A DNA stretch of 63,157 nucleotides, filler included, from Diploschistes diacapsis (Eukaryota): the NCBI GenBank assembly GCA_023645945.1. It is 26 parts of 26 records of this genome, joined end to end, with 100 filler letters (N's around TTAATTAATTAA, not from the genome) between each part and the next. Parts side by side here need not be neighbours in the genome. Positions count along the whole stretch, not along the records: positions 22,684 to 23,705 come from JALAIB010004269.1; positions 23,806 to 41,877 come from JALAIB010000427.1; 24 more parts are not named here. One strand, written 5' to 3'. Below are positions 23,169-36,117 of the stretch, one piece after another; position 1 is the stretch's first letter; the number at the start of each line of letters is the position of its first letter. Under the pieces are notes generated by a model. The model was not told the origin of the DNA. It saw only the letters and a program-made list of their open reading frames with translations, and did no database searches. A program made the translations under genes and the position numbers.

Positions 23169-23705
23169 ACGTGTTTGACGGTCAGCTCGGCCACCCTCAA
23201 AGCTCGGCCACTTTTGCCAAGAAATATTTTAAATCTTTAATAACTCTTCGAATTTAATCGTTATTTTTGATATTTGTTGGAAACATTACTATTAACTCAA
23301 TCATCTATTATACCCTAAAAGTGCATATTGATTATGTCAGTAGTTATTTTTTAAAAGCGAATTGAAAATAACGACTCGAAAACACGTATTATTTTATCTT
23401 TCAAATTCGGTCATAACACAACAAAAAATATGTTTTTTAAATAAATCATTATAAGCGGTTTTATGCGTAGAAATCAATAAAAATATTTAAAAAACGTTTT
23501 TTCGACGTTATACCGTCATAGTGTAACGTTTTCTATCATTTTTCAGTCATTTTAGACTAAACGAAAACTAGCCGTCGCCTACCAAAATTCTTAAATCTAC
23601 TGATTTCAAAGAATAAAACCACATAACGACTATATAACGTTGAAAAAACGTTTTTTTATATTTTTATTGAAGTCTACGCATGAAACCGCTTATAATAATA
23701 TATTC
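23169..23705 (+). mobile_element. Non-autonomous family A TIR element with long internal inverted repeat (fold-back/MITE-like)
   Basis: TA|ACGTGTTTGACGG terminus; homologous to 18874-19216; 23449-23512 is the inverted counterpart of 23633-23698. Confidence 0.8.
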
Positions 23706-26298
23706 NNNNNNNNNNNNNNNNNNNNNNNNNNNNNNNNNNNNNNNNNNNNTTAATTAATTAANNNNNNNNNNNNNNNNNNNNNNNNNNNNNNNNNNNNNNN
23801 NNNNNTCGGTGTCCCGCCCTCCGTTCGAACGCGAAGAAAGAACGAAGCGAGAGGTCTCGCTGCATTCCATTCTTCATCACCCCGTACAATCCTGCCATAC
23901 ATCATGCCGGGGAGGTGGTACACAATTGCTCCTACCCCGTACCCGCTTATCCAGTGAGCTCCCGGGGAGACGGGGTGGGGGTGGCAGCAGCGCTGTTTCG
24001 GGCAGCCACTCTGCTCGGTGTTCGCCTCGGGGCTGGGAAGAGCTTTCGCGAATGGAAGGTGGGGCGCGCAGGGGTTGTTTTCGGTTTCCATTTTGTTTTC
24101 CCCGGTCATGGTTGGGGGGGGGTTTCGGTCGTATCCGCCCGCCGCGGGAAGGAGACGGTGGTAGTTTTTTTTTCTTTCTTTTTTCCTTCTTCATTGTAGA
24201 GTATGTGACATGGGGGCCTTTTGGCGCGTTGTCTTTTTAAAGTCGACCAACCCCCCCGCCGGACGAAGTTGACGTGTGTGCCATGGGCCATGGGTAGGTA
24301 GCGTGTGGCACCTTTCAGACCCGTTCCAATAATTCTTTTCTGTTTCAGGGGAAACGGCTGCTGCTGCTGGGATGTTTTCAGATCTGGGGGAAGTTGTGGG
24401 GGCCAGGAGCGGGTTGGGGGCCATGATATGGGCTGTTCCGATTGGTGCGCTTGCTGGCCCAATGAGTGGAGCTGGCTTGTTCGGAGATATCTGGCTTTTC
24501 TTTTTCCCACATGGAACTTTTTTCTGTAGGGCAAAAGATCCCTAACCTCGGTGCTAATCTTTGCTTTTGTTGGTATGAAACGTATGATTTCATGGATAGG
24601 TATGTACGTAATGTGTGGATTGCTGCAAGTGCCGGCGCGTCGGCACCACCTCCGAGCAAAGCGCAGCGGAGTGGACATGGAAAGGTTGTGCCTGGTTAGG
24701 ACACAGATACTGTACGCCTATGAGGGGAGAAAACAGCCATCGTATGGCACAATATGGGAACAGCTTTGAATCACCGGATGCCTCATGCCTAATAGCCAAT
24801 CACGCCGTAACCTTGTTTGCTATGCACTCTTAAGTATACATCGGTGCCTGCGCGATTAGGGTTTTGAGGATTCGGTGAGGCTGGGGGTAGCATGATAAAT
24901 TGTGGTGGTTTGAGACGCAATTGCGGCAATAGTACAGCTTTGATCCTCATTTGGCCATTCATAGGGAATACTGTAGAGGTCGTCGACTTATCGGTAAGGC
25001 TGGAGAAAAGGGGCGTACTGGCGGTGTTTCCTTCTATGCAGCGCCATTGTTGCATTGCATGATGCATAGTCAAGGCTAGCCAACTTCTAGAAAAAGCGAA
25101 GAATAAACACGGTCGTACAAAAGTGACGTCAGGCGAAAGGCTTCAAAACTTTCTTTCACTTTGTTTCAGTCAAACCTCAGCCTTGCTTGTGCGCCAGAGC
25201 AAAGGCAGAAGCGTGCGAATGGCAGAACCATCGTGACTAATAGATATTGATCTCACAGAATGAGGTCGACAACGCCGCTGGGGCTGTCACATCAAACTCG
25301 GATTTCAGTGACTTCTCGCACTTGACATGGTTCGGACGGACACCGGAGCCATAGTCGCTCTAGTATACTTCTTCCAGAAACTTCGATGCTACATGCCTTG
25401 AGCATCGATCCGTTCATGGACCACGGATCATTGGAGGCGCGACGCTCAGGTTAGAACAAGGGACGCCACGGTTTGGAACAAGTCTGTCTTCGCCGGGCTA
25501 GAGTACCAAAGTAAATCACAGATGTTTGGCCGTGACGGTGGCATTCGTGGCCGTTTTAAACTCCACGATTGCGACTTAGCCTTGAACTCTATCGACCTCT
25601 CCGAAACCATATCCAGAAGATGCTTCCACTAGCGCTTTCCCCACACATATACTTGCATGTGGGGGGGGTTTGTGTCCCTGTGGTGGCGGCCTCCGTGAGC
25701 CGATCCGATACGCCGATTTACCTTCGGAGGTAAGCGAATTGATACAAGAGAAAGGTCTGGTACGGAAGCGAGAGCGCTACTGTAGGCGGAACCAAGGATA
25801 GCTATAGCGTCGCTAACGAACAGACATGCCATAGAGTAGCTGAGACAGTGAGGCGGGATTTGGAATCCATGAAGCGAACATCTCTAAACGGGTCTATTGC
25901 TGCGTTTATGCGAAAAGGCTGACTTTCACCTCGAGCTTCCCCAAGGTATTCCAGGGCTGTTCCTCCCACCGAATCGAAAGTCAAAACAGCAATCTGAAAC
26001 TTCGATGCTCATCGATCAGCGAAAGTTTGCATGAGCTTTTGGTAATATCCCTGGTAGGTGCGTTTGTCCGAAGTTTCGAGACTTGAAGCTCACATTCAAA
26101 GCCTGAGCAATGAGTCTAAGCCGACGCATTGGATAGCAATGCAAGATTCGAAGACCTAGACATGCATGCATCAATGTCAGCACTGTTGCTGGGATTGAAC
26201 AAGCCATGCGCCATGCCATTTTGTACTCAACGTCTCTGCGCGATAGTAGCGTCAAATCCTGCAAAAGTGGCATGTTTTTTCCATGTCGTCTGCGCCAT

Positions 26299-27543
26299 TC
26301 AGAGAGTTTGTTTTCCCACCCATGAAGCCCCGCCCCACATGACTGCAAGTCCAAGCAAAGCCGCAGCTCCTGCAATCCTCTGTCTCCATTGCGACCCCTC
26401 TTCGATCCGGGATACCCTCTGTTTGTTTTCCCATAAGCTCGGTATCCGGTGAGTGGAGCTGGGTCCTTTGACGTCTTCTACCGCTTTGGAAGACCGAGGG
26501 AACTCCTTACTCTCTGCTTGGCCATGCTGGAACAAAGCAGCCTTTTCGTCATCGAGCAGCTTCTTCTCCTTGAACATTTCTGCAAGCCACTTCATGCCCT
26601 GCGCCCACTCGGTTTCATTGAACGGGGCACCGCCTTGCACCTCGACCTCCTGCACATTCCCAAAGAAGTCCATCACCAGTCTCTCCCTACCCGCAGGCTC
26701 TCCTCCTTCGAACAAATCCCACCTCAGCCCTGGTTGAGAATGAATCTTACTCTCGTCGTAGCTGTCGAAAAGATCGCCGAGGGTCAGCTTGCTCTGCTGG
26801 TCTTTGACTTGCGTCTCCAGGAACTCAAGGATATAGTACGTCCACCGATCGATGACTGCTACTCCAACATCATTGTCCGCGTGGTGGCTATAACTGCTCT
26901 GATCCACAGCACTGGAGCCTGTAGCTATGATGTTTGGGCTGTAGAAACGTTCGTACATTGTGTTTGCTTGGCACGTATCGATCATGAACAGCAATTCCCG
27001 GTACCGCTGCTTGGCCCACATCTGTGCAAATGCATCGGCGAGATCCCATGACCCAATCTCTTCGCTGTCCTGGAACTTCAGAAACTCTTTGCCCCCATGC
27101 CCGGTCATGTAGACCAGCACATTGCTGCCAGCATCGCTTCCCAACCTCTTTCCGCGTGGAACGTCCTCCGGCCATCGATCTGTGAGCAGACGAATGAAAT
27201 TCTCGACCGTCACGTCGTAGCCCCTGTAGTCGACCTCTATGTTATCTCCGTACAGGTCCAGGGCTCGTGCAGCGTTGTTGTAGACTGTGCCGGGGAAGGC
27301 GTTTCGGGGATTGCAGGCCATATCATCAGGAAGAAGAAGTAGGATCTGAGAGTCCGGGATTCCAAGGCGCTTGACGGTGCGGTAAAGGGAGAGCACATTT
27401 GCGAGGTGACGGTAGTTGAACCAGAATCGCGATGTACTAACCAGAACAGCCCAGTTTGATGTGTGCGGTTGCTGAGCGTTTGCTGAGCTTATAGCGAGGA
27501 CGGTCAGGAGAGGGAGGAGGAGTACGGGTGGTAGGAAACGCAT
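26299..27543 (-). CDS. GPI8: GPI-anchor transamidase catalytic subunit (peptidase C13, Gpi8/PIG-K)
   Basis: Signal peptide, NWAVLVSTSRFWFNYRH, catalytic His (MTGHGG) and Cys (IDTCQA), C-terminal TM helix. Confidence 0.97.
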   Translation of the reverse strand: MRFLPPVLLLPLLTVLAISSANAQQPHTSNWAVLVSTSRFWFNYRHLANVLSLYRTVKRLGIPDSQILLLLPDDMACNPRNAFPGTVYNNAARALDLYGDNIEVDYRGYDVTVENFIRLLTDRWPEDVPRGKRLGSDAGSNVLVYMTGHGGKEFLKFQDSEEIGSWDLADAFAQMWAKQRYRELLFMIDTCQANTMYERFYSPNIIATGSSAVDQSSYSHHADNDVGVAVIDRWTYYILEFLETQVKDQQSKLTLGDLFDSYDESKIHSQPGLRWDLFEGGEPAGRERLVMDFFGNVQEVEVQGGAPFNETEWAQGMKWLAEMFKEKKLLDDEKAALFQHGQAESKEFPRSSKAVEDVKGPSSTHRIPSLWENKQRVSRIEEGSQWRQRIAGAAALLGLAVMWGGASWVGKQTL

Positions 27544-27947
27544 TGTGTATGTTGATTGCTACGTCTGCACCAAGGAAGCTGGTTAAATGGGGTTCACATG
27601 CCTGATTAGAAGTATTTTTAAGTTTCGATCAACTTACGCTAAGCCTATTTCGCGAGCTTCTTACGACTTGTTATGGCAAGCAAGATTGCATTGACTTTTG
27701 CTTGAACTTTGGAATCTAACAACTGAGGAACAATGTCAGACAGCGGATTCGCATTACAAGCAGGCCATCAAATTCCGCAAACCACTTTCATCAAAACGCA
27801 AATCTTTACTGACAACCACAACTCCAGGAGCACTTCAACCTACTATGCCTACTGAGCAGTTAGAATGCATTCAACTCGCTATCGTATAGGGAGTGCTTCC
27901 GAATACCTGTCCTTTTCCCTCTCCCATTTCATTTACCCCCTTTGTCG

Positions 27948-28997
27948 CTACATCTCTTCAGTCTTCTCTCCCTGCTGTCGCCATTCCTCAATCTCCGCCA
28001 CACGCTCCTCCTCTTCATCGTCGCTGCTGTCACTACTGAATCGACTAACAGGGTAGACTCCTAGTCCAGCACCTAGATTTACATTCGGTGGGACCACCGG
28101 ATTCGCAATGGAGGCCTTGTTGGCCGAGAGCTCTGCATTGATTCCCCCAGTACTCAAAACTTCCAAGCCGACTCGCTCCTCATGCTCCTCCACGCCGCCT
28201 CCGCCTCGCATTCTGTTCTGCCCACTCTGGGAATTACCACCTGGATTGCCGGGCAGGTCCGAAGGATACGTATTGCTTCGTCGCATTTGTTCGATGGGGC
28301 TGGTAGCTCGCTGCGGGCTGCCGGACTGGAAGCTTTCGCTGGGCTGCCGGTCAGCCACGGCGTGATTGTTGGCCGAACTCATCCCTCCCGGGATACTGAT
28401 GGGCTGAGTCGGGCTTTGCCGACTGCCATGGTTGCGCTGGTTCTGCGCCGGGTTGCTGCCGCTGGAGCCTCCACGCGGGCGAGCAGGCACATTGTCTAAT
28501 TCTTCGCCCGTTTGGGACCGGCTTCCTTGGCAGCAACAGCTGCCGCTCTGCAAGAATGCGATGGCCCAGCGGATCCGACGTTGGCAGGGACAACTTCCCC
28601 CGACGTCTTGGCGGACGGGTAGTACGGCGGTCTCGTTAGGATTGAAAGCGGTGACAAATTGACCGCTGGCGTACCCGTGACGACCAATCCTCCCTGCTTC
28701 ATTTCCGTTCCCTTCCACTTGGCCTCCGCCGTATCTCCGATGGTCAATGTTCTCAGTCTCACTGCGCTTTCCATTCTCGTGCACTTTCATTCGCTCGTTC
28801 ATGGCTTGGTTGCTGACGTCGTCTCGAGCTTCAATATCTCCTTGATCGTGCGCGCTCTCTTGAGTTTCCCTGCTCTCGTTTAGATCCCTCGACAATGCTA
28901 GGCGGCCATGTTCCTCAAGCCAATCGTTGAGTCTAACTTGCTGCAAGGCCTTGGTTTCTGGCGTTTTCGGAGACACAAGGTTACTGCTTCCGCTCAT
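27948..28997 (-). CDS. Hypothetical low-complexity protein, 349 aa
   Basis: Long ATG ORF, G/S/N/Q-rich, with a small Cys cluster (CPC...SCCC) and an acidic C-terminus; no recognisable domain. Confidence 0.6.
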   Translation of the reverse strand: MSGSSNLVSPKTPETKALQQVRLNDWLEEHGRLALSRDLNESRETQESAHDQGDIEARDDVSNQAMNERMKVHENGKRSETENIDHRRYGGGQVEGNGNEAGRIGRHGYASGQFVTAFNPNETAVLPVRQDVGGSCPCQRRIRWAIAFLQSGSCCCQGSRSQTGEELDNVPARPRGGSSGSNPAQNQRNHGSRQSPTQPISIPGGMSSANNHAVADRQPSESFQSGSPQRATSPIEQMRRSNTYPSDLPGNPGGNSQSGQNRMRGGGGVEEHEERVGLEVLSTGGINAELSANKASIANPVVPPNVNLGAGLGVYPVSRFSSDSSDDEEEERVAEIEEWRQQGEKTEEM

Positions 28998-29524
28998 AGT
29001 GACAAGTTTCTATTTCAGCACTCTAGGTTGTTTGATCAACGGTTGTGAATAGCACTTTCGAAAAAAGAAACGGGCTTTGACAAAAGGATATGGAGAAGCG
29101 GCCGCCGACTGTCTCTTTATGTTCTCACTTATTTGTCCCGGGCCTTTGGTTCAAACGAGGCTTATTACATGGGCAAAAGGAGGGTAATTCCGTAGCAGGT
29201 GGAGAAACCATGCTCGCGATCGTGATCGTCGTTTCGTGTCGTGTCGATACTACGATACGTGCGCTCAACGTACGAAGGGCGTGCGTGCGTTGTGCTGGCA
29301 CCGCCGGCCAGCTCGATAGCAAACATGCCCAGCCCCGTAGACACATACTTGCGTGACTGGGATGAAGGACGTGTCTCTCGTCTGCATATACCTTCTTGCT
29401 CATCGAGGAACAAGCGGAGCTACTACTACGACTTACTTACACACACGCCTTGTGCTGGAGAGCTTTGGGAACTCTCTATTCGTGTCATACTGGGAACGTC
29501 AAGCACCTCCTGCTGTTGTCTAGA

Positions 29525-29563
29525 GTTTTTTTTTTTTTTTTCTTCTTCTTCTTCTTCTTCTTT
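29525..29563. repeat. Poly-T plus (TCT)n microsatellite
   Basis: Read directly. Confidence 0.9.
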
Positions 29564-29988
29564 CCTCCATCCTCTGGGCCCCTTCAGTGCTTGCTCTAGC
29601 GCAAGCTTGCTGGTCTAATCGGACTTGGCTATTGCATTGCGTTGTGGCTCGTGTATCCAGAGCTCTCAAAACACGCAGTCGTTTTGATGCTGGAAGCTCA
29701 GGCATTTCCCTGCACTTACCCAAAGTATGTTCGTTCGTTCATCCCTTCACTTCTGGGGCCGTTGGGTTCTTCGCATTCGTGATACAGCGTCTAAAAAGTC
29801 CATCCATATCATAATTCACAACAACGAAGTATTTGAGCATCACAGTGCGAGACAGGAGCATGACGCAGGTATCGTATAGGTACTATGTGTGTACAGGAAA
29901 AATATGCGACACAGGACTCCAAATAAGACACGTTCCAACAAACTCGCTGACGACGGGTCCGCACGCAACCACCCAAGTTTCCACCAAA

Positions 29989-31956
29989 TCACTCCTCCAT
30001 CATCAAAAAACCCTCGCCAGCAAGCAAACTCTTGCTCGCCACGAAGCTGAAACCTCCAAACGGATTCTGTTCTTCCCCTTCGATCTCCCACGGTGCCTTC
30101 GCCCCGGCCGCTGCATGACTCTCCACGACCGGACTCAGCGCCAAAGCTGTGAACTCTGTTGAGAAGTTCTCCGCCAGCTCCGGCTTCGTGATAACCGGCT
30201 TGATGGGTGGCTCAAGCTCGCGTTTTTCGAGTTTCTTCCAGTCAATCTTGCGAAAGAAGCGGTGCTGCTTGATGGTTTGCATGTCTTTGGGCATGCTGCC
30301 GCCGAGGCGCTTGCGGGGCTCTTTGCGCAAGAGGCGCGTAAGGAAGTCCTTGGCGTCTGGGCCGATGAAGTAAGGGATTGCAAGTTTGTTTTTGACAATC
30401 TTCTGCTGAATTTTGGCGTGGTTGTTTGCCTGAAATGGCGGAGCGCCAGTAAGCAGATCGAAGCCCATAGCACCAAAGGACCACCAGTCGACGGCTTTAT
30501 CGTACATCTGACCCAGTATTATCTCAGGAGCCATATACTCAATGGTACCTAGAAAGGATTTGCAGCGATCCGCGCCTTCGACGGCAACCTTGCTCAGGCC
30601 GAAGTCGGTGAGAAGTAGATGACCTTCAGCATCGAGAAGGCAATTTTCTGGCTTGAGATCCCTGTAGACAACACCGACGGTATGATGGAGGTGCTCGAGG
30701 GCTAGGACCATTTCGGCCATATAGAAGGCTGCTGTATCCTCAGGAAACATACGCTCGGTGGCTAGATGAGTGAAGAGTTCCCCACCTTGAGCGTATTCGA
30801 GTATGAGGTAAAGCTTTTCTTGATCTTGAAAGGCGTAGAAGAGTTTAACGACAAAGGGATGGCGGTTGATGCTTTCGAGTATAGCCCGCTCGGTCTTGGT
30901 TTGCTCGATTAGGGTCTTTTGAACGGTGAGTGAGGCTTTCCGGAACATCTTCTGCGCAAAGAGTTTTCCTGTAGCTTTTTGCTTGACGAGATGCACAGTT
31001 CCAAAAGTGCCTTTTCCCAGACAGCTCAAAGGCGTAAAATCAGTTGCCGCCATCTTACGGTAGACGGCATCCAGCTGCATCTGCGGAGAAAATAGATCGT
31101 TCTCTTGCTGTTCCGCATCTTGACTGACAAAGTCACTTTCCAAAGGGATTTCGTAGCTTTCCAATTCTGGAGGTTCCACATCGCTAGTCGAACCAGATCC
31201 CATTGTCCCTCCTGGAGTGCTTGGCGATTTAGAGCGGGGATTGCTTTTGTTTCGAATTATCGCTGGGTTTCCGGGAATAGGCCCAAGTTCCAGTGCGTCG
31301 AGTTGTTGGCGCAGTGCGCTAATTCCGCCTGTCACGGACCCTGCGCTGGAGACTGGTCGCATTGACGGGCTGCTTGCTAAACTGGTGCTGATCGAGATAT
31401 CCCTCCTTTGAAATCGACTGGGTGAGAAATCAGAATCACGGTCGCTTGAAGGGATTCTAGAAGGCGTGAAGCCTCTGACTGTTTGCATTGCAGGGTCCGC
31501 CACCGCCACTGCCTTTTTATGTGCCTTCTTCTTCTTGCGCTTTGCTCGGCTGTTCAATGTCCCTTCTGGCAACCTAGTTGGTGTTCGTTCTCTATCATGC
31601 ATAGGAACTTCATGAGCCTTACTCAGGCTTTGAGATCCCGGTGTCATCGTAATTGGAACGGGTGGCGCAGATCCCAGAGTTGTTGCACGGGTGGCCAGCA
31701 GAGGAATCCGATTTGTGTCGTTGGAAATACCCCCAGGATACTCATCACTCTGCTTTTCATCGTCCATGTGTAGCAATACCTGCACTGGTTCAGTGACCAT
31801 GTGTTCCGGTTGTTGCAGTACATGAATTGGCTTCTCAAAAGTCCTGTATGGCGAACGACCAAGCCTGGGCTCCGGCTCAGACTCTGCAATTTCCAGGTTG
31901 AAGCCTAAAGATGGCGGCTCGAGCGCAATCGCACTCGTTGTTTGAGTTGAAGACAT
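29989..31956 (-). CDS. psk1: AGC-family Ser/Thr kinase, Psk1/Ypk3 (S6K-like) type
   Basis: [34 protein letters not shown] and C-terminal hydrophobic motif FGGFSFV. First ATG at 31956. Confidence 0.9.
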   Translation of the reverse strand: MSSTQTTSAIALEPPSLGFNLEIAESEPEPRLGRSPYRTFEKPIHVLQQPEHMVTEPVQVLLHMDDEKQSDEYPGGISNDTNRIPLLATRATTLGSAPPVPITMTPGSQSLSKAHEVPMHDRERTPTRLPEGTLNSRAKRKKKKAHKKAVAVADPAMQTVRGFTPSRIPSSDRDSDFSPSRFQRRDISISTSLASSPSMRPVSSAGSVTGGISALRQQLDALELGPIPGNPAIIRNKSNPRSKSPSTPGGTMGSGSTSDVEPPELESYEIPLESDFVSQDAEQQENDLFSPQMQLDAVYRKMAATDFTPLSCLGKGTFGTVHLVKQKATGKLFAQKMFRKASLTVQKTLIEQTKTERAILESINRHPFVVKLFYAFQDQEKLYLILEYAQGGELFTHLATERMFPEDTAAFYMAEMVLALEHLHHTVGVVYRDLKPENCLLDAEGHLLLTDFGLSKVAVEGADRCKSFLGTIEYMAPEIILGQMYDKAVDWWSFGAMGFDLLTGAPPFQANNHAKIQQKIVKNKLAIPYFIGPDAKDFLTRLLRKEPRKRLGGSMPKDMQTIKQHRFFRKIDWKKLEKRELEPPIKPVITKPELAENFSTEFTALALSPVVESHAAAGAKAPWEIEGEEQNPFGGFSFVASKSLLAGEGFLMMEE

Positions 31957-33312
31957 TCTGATCAACGGCTTCAGAGCCGAGCTTCGGTTTAATATATTTG
32001 GAAGAGGGGAATTTGAACTGCGGCTAGCAAGTTTTCTGTACCGGTCGAGTCAGCGTACTGATAATTCCAAACCAAACAGACCTACAGAAATAAGATATGA
32101 GTCTCCTGGATCTCAAATTTACCGTCCGCCCATTCAGGACGGACCCTCCACCCTTAGCCAAACAACCCGGAGCGCAGCGGCCAGGAAGATACCGAAGGAG
32201 CACGGCCTCAGAAGAGAAAGTTGAAAGTTAGCGTAGCGCATGTATTCTGCCATAGATGTTGCTATTCTGTAGAGCAATGTAGCTTATTGAGGGTTTGGTA
32301 GAGATAAGAGGATGTGACTTGGAGGAGTGGAGTGTCAATCGCACAGTTGGAGATGCCCCAAAAATAAGAGATGGTCAAGCCAATACCACGGAGCACAAAC
32401 TTGCGACTAAGACTGGTCCGCCAAGCCCCTCCTGACCTTTGTTGTTTCAAACTCAGATGCCCATCTAAGTTTGAAACAAGTTGAACTTCTCAAGCATCAC
32501 AAATGATAATAGTAGTATAGGGTCATTCTACAAAAAGCTCTAAATAACGGCAGAACAGCATTTTCCTACACCCTACGTAACCTTGCAATTCTATAAGTAG
32601 GATATCCATACAAGACTTCGGATCAAGTACAATCGATCTCCTGGACACAAACTAATTCAGAAATTGTGTAGTGAGTGAATGTTATTCTCAAAGTCTGTAT
32701 GCCTACTCTGGCATTATGGCGCTTTGCGCCCCATGAAGCAGCGATCCAAAGCTGGATCGATCCGCTTCTGTCTTAACATGAAGAACAATACAATGAGACT
32801 TGGGCCTCGATGTGCTTATACAGATGCTTCTAAGCTGTCCAGCCTAAATGTCTTTGAGCGCATGTTCCATAAAGCATCCGTTGTGCAAATTCCACCTCCA
32901 GGGACTGACTAACCTTTCATCTCGGTAACCTGCACAGCACCGTGAGGGGCTCCGAGACTCTTTCAATACTGTAACTCTGCTCCACTTGTCATGCTCGTAG
33001 TGGGACCATCGAATGCGCTGTTGATTTATAACATGTTTGTACTGCAGGCGAACCGATCAGATAGAATTCAGATGCACAGGCTGATAGAGCTTCAGAAAGT
33101 ATGCTCTTCTCGCTCGAGCATTCTGTGGTATGGACATCTCCATCTTCCGAGCCACCTTTTGACAAGGATGGCGTTAGGGCGTGCAGCGAGATGAACGGTG
33201 AAATTCACATACATTTATAGGCGAAGAAATAGAAGAATCCGGACTTCGATCCTCGTGGGCCAGTTCCCTGATCAAGAAAGTTCCTTTCACACGTAAATTC
33301 TCGACAATTTTA

Positions 33313-34853
33313 TCATCCCGCCACTCTAGTTGTGCGTCCGACTGCTTGGGACGCGAAACCGCTTGCGGTTGCAGCTGCAACCATTTCGGCTATTCCGCTT
33401 GTAGTATGGCTGAAGACCGCTGTATCATCGTCCAATAGTATGTTGACCGTTTCCTTCTCAGGCCTGAGAATGACACCATTCCCTGCCTTGGGGTACGGCA
33501 AAAGGTCCTCATCTTCGTAGTAAACATCTGCGATTCCAGCGCCGTCGTCCCCATTCGTTGCTTGGGTAAATACAGGCAGGTCGGGATGGAGTAGACAAGC
33601 GTGCAGTAAAAGAGAAACGAGTTCCTTCGATGGAAGGGACTGGAGGTAGCGGCGTTTCTGAGCAAGAATCAGCTTTACTCATATGCACCAAAAAATCATA
33701 TCCCATCCTTTTGCCTCATTCATACCTCGCGCATACTCAAATTCTGTCCTGCAACCTTGCCCTGGAGCCTGATTCTTTCTTCCTTCATAACAACGCAATC
33801 CGAGCAAAGCCATTCCTTTTCCGCAATGACCACAATATCCTTTCCTATTGGCGAATCATGACAGAATTGATGCCAAGGCGTATTGCAGCCATCGCAAAAG
33901 ACGATGGCGTTCGAGGAAGGGCTGTGGCCTCTACCGCAGTTTTTGCAGACGGCCGTTGCTCCGCCTGGCGTTTTTCGAAAATTTATTCGCTTCTTTCCTG
34001 ATCCCCTCCCCCCTACATTCCCACCGTTCCGACCTGATGATGGCGAGGCCTTCGTTTCATCGTCTTCAATCTTGACAAGTGGCGTTGATGCGGTGGCCTG
34101 GATAATCTTTCTCCCCGACCTCGATTGGGTAAGGGGTGTAAAGTTCTCGCTTCCATCGGAATCGCTCGTCGGCCCACTTTCATCGGTCCTGCGCCTTTTG
34201 CCTCCTCTCCCTGTGCTTCTACCGCGACCGCCCCGGGAGCCTCTGCCTCGGCCTTCCTCTCGACTCCTAGAGCTGTAGCTTGGTGGCGTAAGCAGGGTCC
34301 CCGGGACATTGCTATCGAGAACAATGGTTCCGGAAGCGAAATGGTTGCCCCGTCGGCGGGAGCCTCGCCCACGTGAGGCTCCTCTGGTAACCGGAGTTCG
34401 ACTTATCCCTGCTATCGGCGTGATGATGGAGGGCGTTGTGTGCGCCGCATTTATGGAGAAGCTTGAGATATAACCCTCTGGTGCAGGATTTGTAGATTTC
34501 GAGGCCTCGAGAGCATGCACAGGCGCCAGTATCATGCTAACTCGTTGGCTGATTTCGGCAAGCTGGTCCGTTGCTCTTGACACAGAAGTATTGGGGACTT
34601 GCGTAGCAGCAGTTGAAGGCGCCAGAGTACTGGGCAAATCGTCCGGCGGTAAGTTATGTTCCAATCTTGATTGCGTTGGATCGCTTCGATTCTCGGGGGC
34701 TCCTGGTTCGTTCAACATGTCTGAGCTTTCATTTGGCGTTAGAGGCGCGATACTCGTGGTCTCGGCATTCAGAAGTGGCTGCGCTGATGAATGCGTTGGT
34801 TGGGCAAGATCCGCTGCAGGTGGTGACCCACGCGTGCCATTTTGCGACGACAT
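33313..34853 (-). CDS. PHD-finger protein (Phf1/Phf2 SWM-complex-like), two exons, intron 33658-33725
   Basis: PHD CKNC...FCDGCNTPWHQFCH...WLCSDC preceded by RGG-rich stretches. GTATGA...GCTGAT...CAG intron joins exon 2 KRRYLQSLP...LPYPKAGNG. Confidence 0.88.
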
Positions 34854-35344
34854 GTTCTCCGACTACATGTATTAGAGTGCATTGATGCAAGCAGACAACA
34901 GTCCGGAAGTTTTCTGCTCCACCATAGGCCCCTCATACATAGATTGATTGAAACATTCCATGCTGGATTGACATTGGGCTTTCTAAGATAATCTTTTAGT
35001 TGTTTGCGGGCTTATCGTGGTTACGTGGTTACGGCGGTAAAGTGTGTTCAAATGCTTACGTAGTTGGGTTTAGCTATTTTCCGATACGATATAGCGCCTC
35101 TTTATAGCTTTATAACAACATTGTTTTTTCCTTTCGCTTTTTCTCTCTACATAACCGTCTCGTATTAAAAAGAGTCGATTCTAATCAAATTTTGTATTAA
35201 CGACTGTTGAAAGTGGTGCAGGGGCTCCTAATAAAAAGACAAGAAGCCAAGATATATCCTGAGCTAATCCTAACTAGGAAATAAATCCCAGCCTACCTAG
35301 CCGCATAATCAATAATAAAATATTATTCTAGATGATGAAGATGA

Positions 35345-35825
35345 TAGCTAGGAATAATGGGAGGTGAGAGAGGTCTGCATGACACAGCATAGGCGACAGC
35401 GGTCAAAGCTCCTGTGCCAATGCCCATTGAAACAGATGCTAATGATTGCCAACATGAATCTGGATTGCGCTCCGAATGCCTGTGACTACTTTTCAACTTA
35501 CTTGCCTGTGGGGGATTTGAAAATCGCCTACCTCACAACACAGCCAAGTCCGGCCACGCATGCCAAAACCGCGAATACGGCAGGACTTCGAGACCCCGTG
35601 TAACTCCCGACTTTCACTCATTTCCGCAAAGTCTTGAGACGAGAACAATTGCCTCTGACGCGGTGGAAGCTTTGACGCTTCATCTCCAACAGCCTGCATA
35701 CAAGCGCTCAATAAGTGATGAATCATGGTTGAGCTATCGGCAAGACTGTGAAGTTGCTTTATCGTCTCGTGAACATTGCCGACTTGATCGCCAAAGAGGA
35801 AGAGAGATAAGTGGATGTCGGACAT
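35345..35825 (-). pseudogene. Truncated non-reducing PKS: SAT (starter-unit acyltransferase) domain stub
   Basis: LFLFGDQ N-terminal motif. After a frameshift near 35588 it reads SPAVFAVLACVAGLG, later MGIGTGALTAVAYAVS (degenerate GxCxG region). No KS domain follows. Confidence 0.75.
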
Positions 35826-36117
35826 GCTTGATGAGGTAATTCTTGCCGCTATACACGAATGATATCAGTGTCTGCTCCAGGATGCTCAGGTTTTTTGAAA
35901 GATCGGATTTTGATCAGCAGATGGATGAGCTAGCTTTTCAAACTTGACTAAGAAGCGAAAAGCCTTGATGATAGATGCTTATGAACAGACACCGGGAGAC
36001 TGCGACTACTTTACTCTGATGGAATGATGCCAGACGAAATAGTTGGCTCAAGCCGAAGCAGCTAACAGTTTTGAACAAGAACCTTACCACCTTGGGAAGC
36101 TCTCGTTGATTTTCTCT

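Noticed and set aside
23806..26250. Numerous 60-190 aa ORFs
   Set aside because: No recognisable domains or splice-consistent model; looks like UTR or intergenic DNA.
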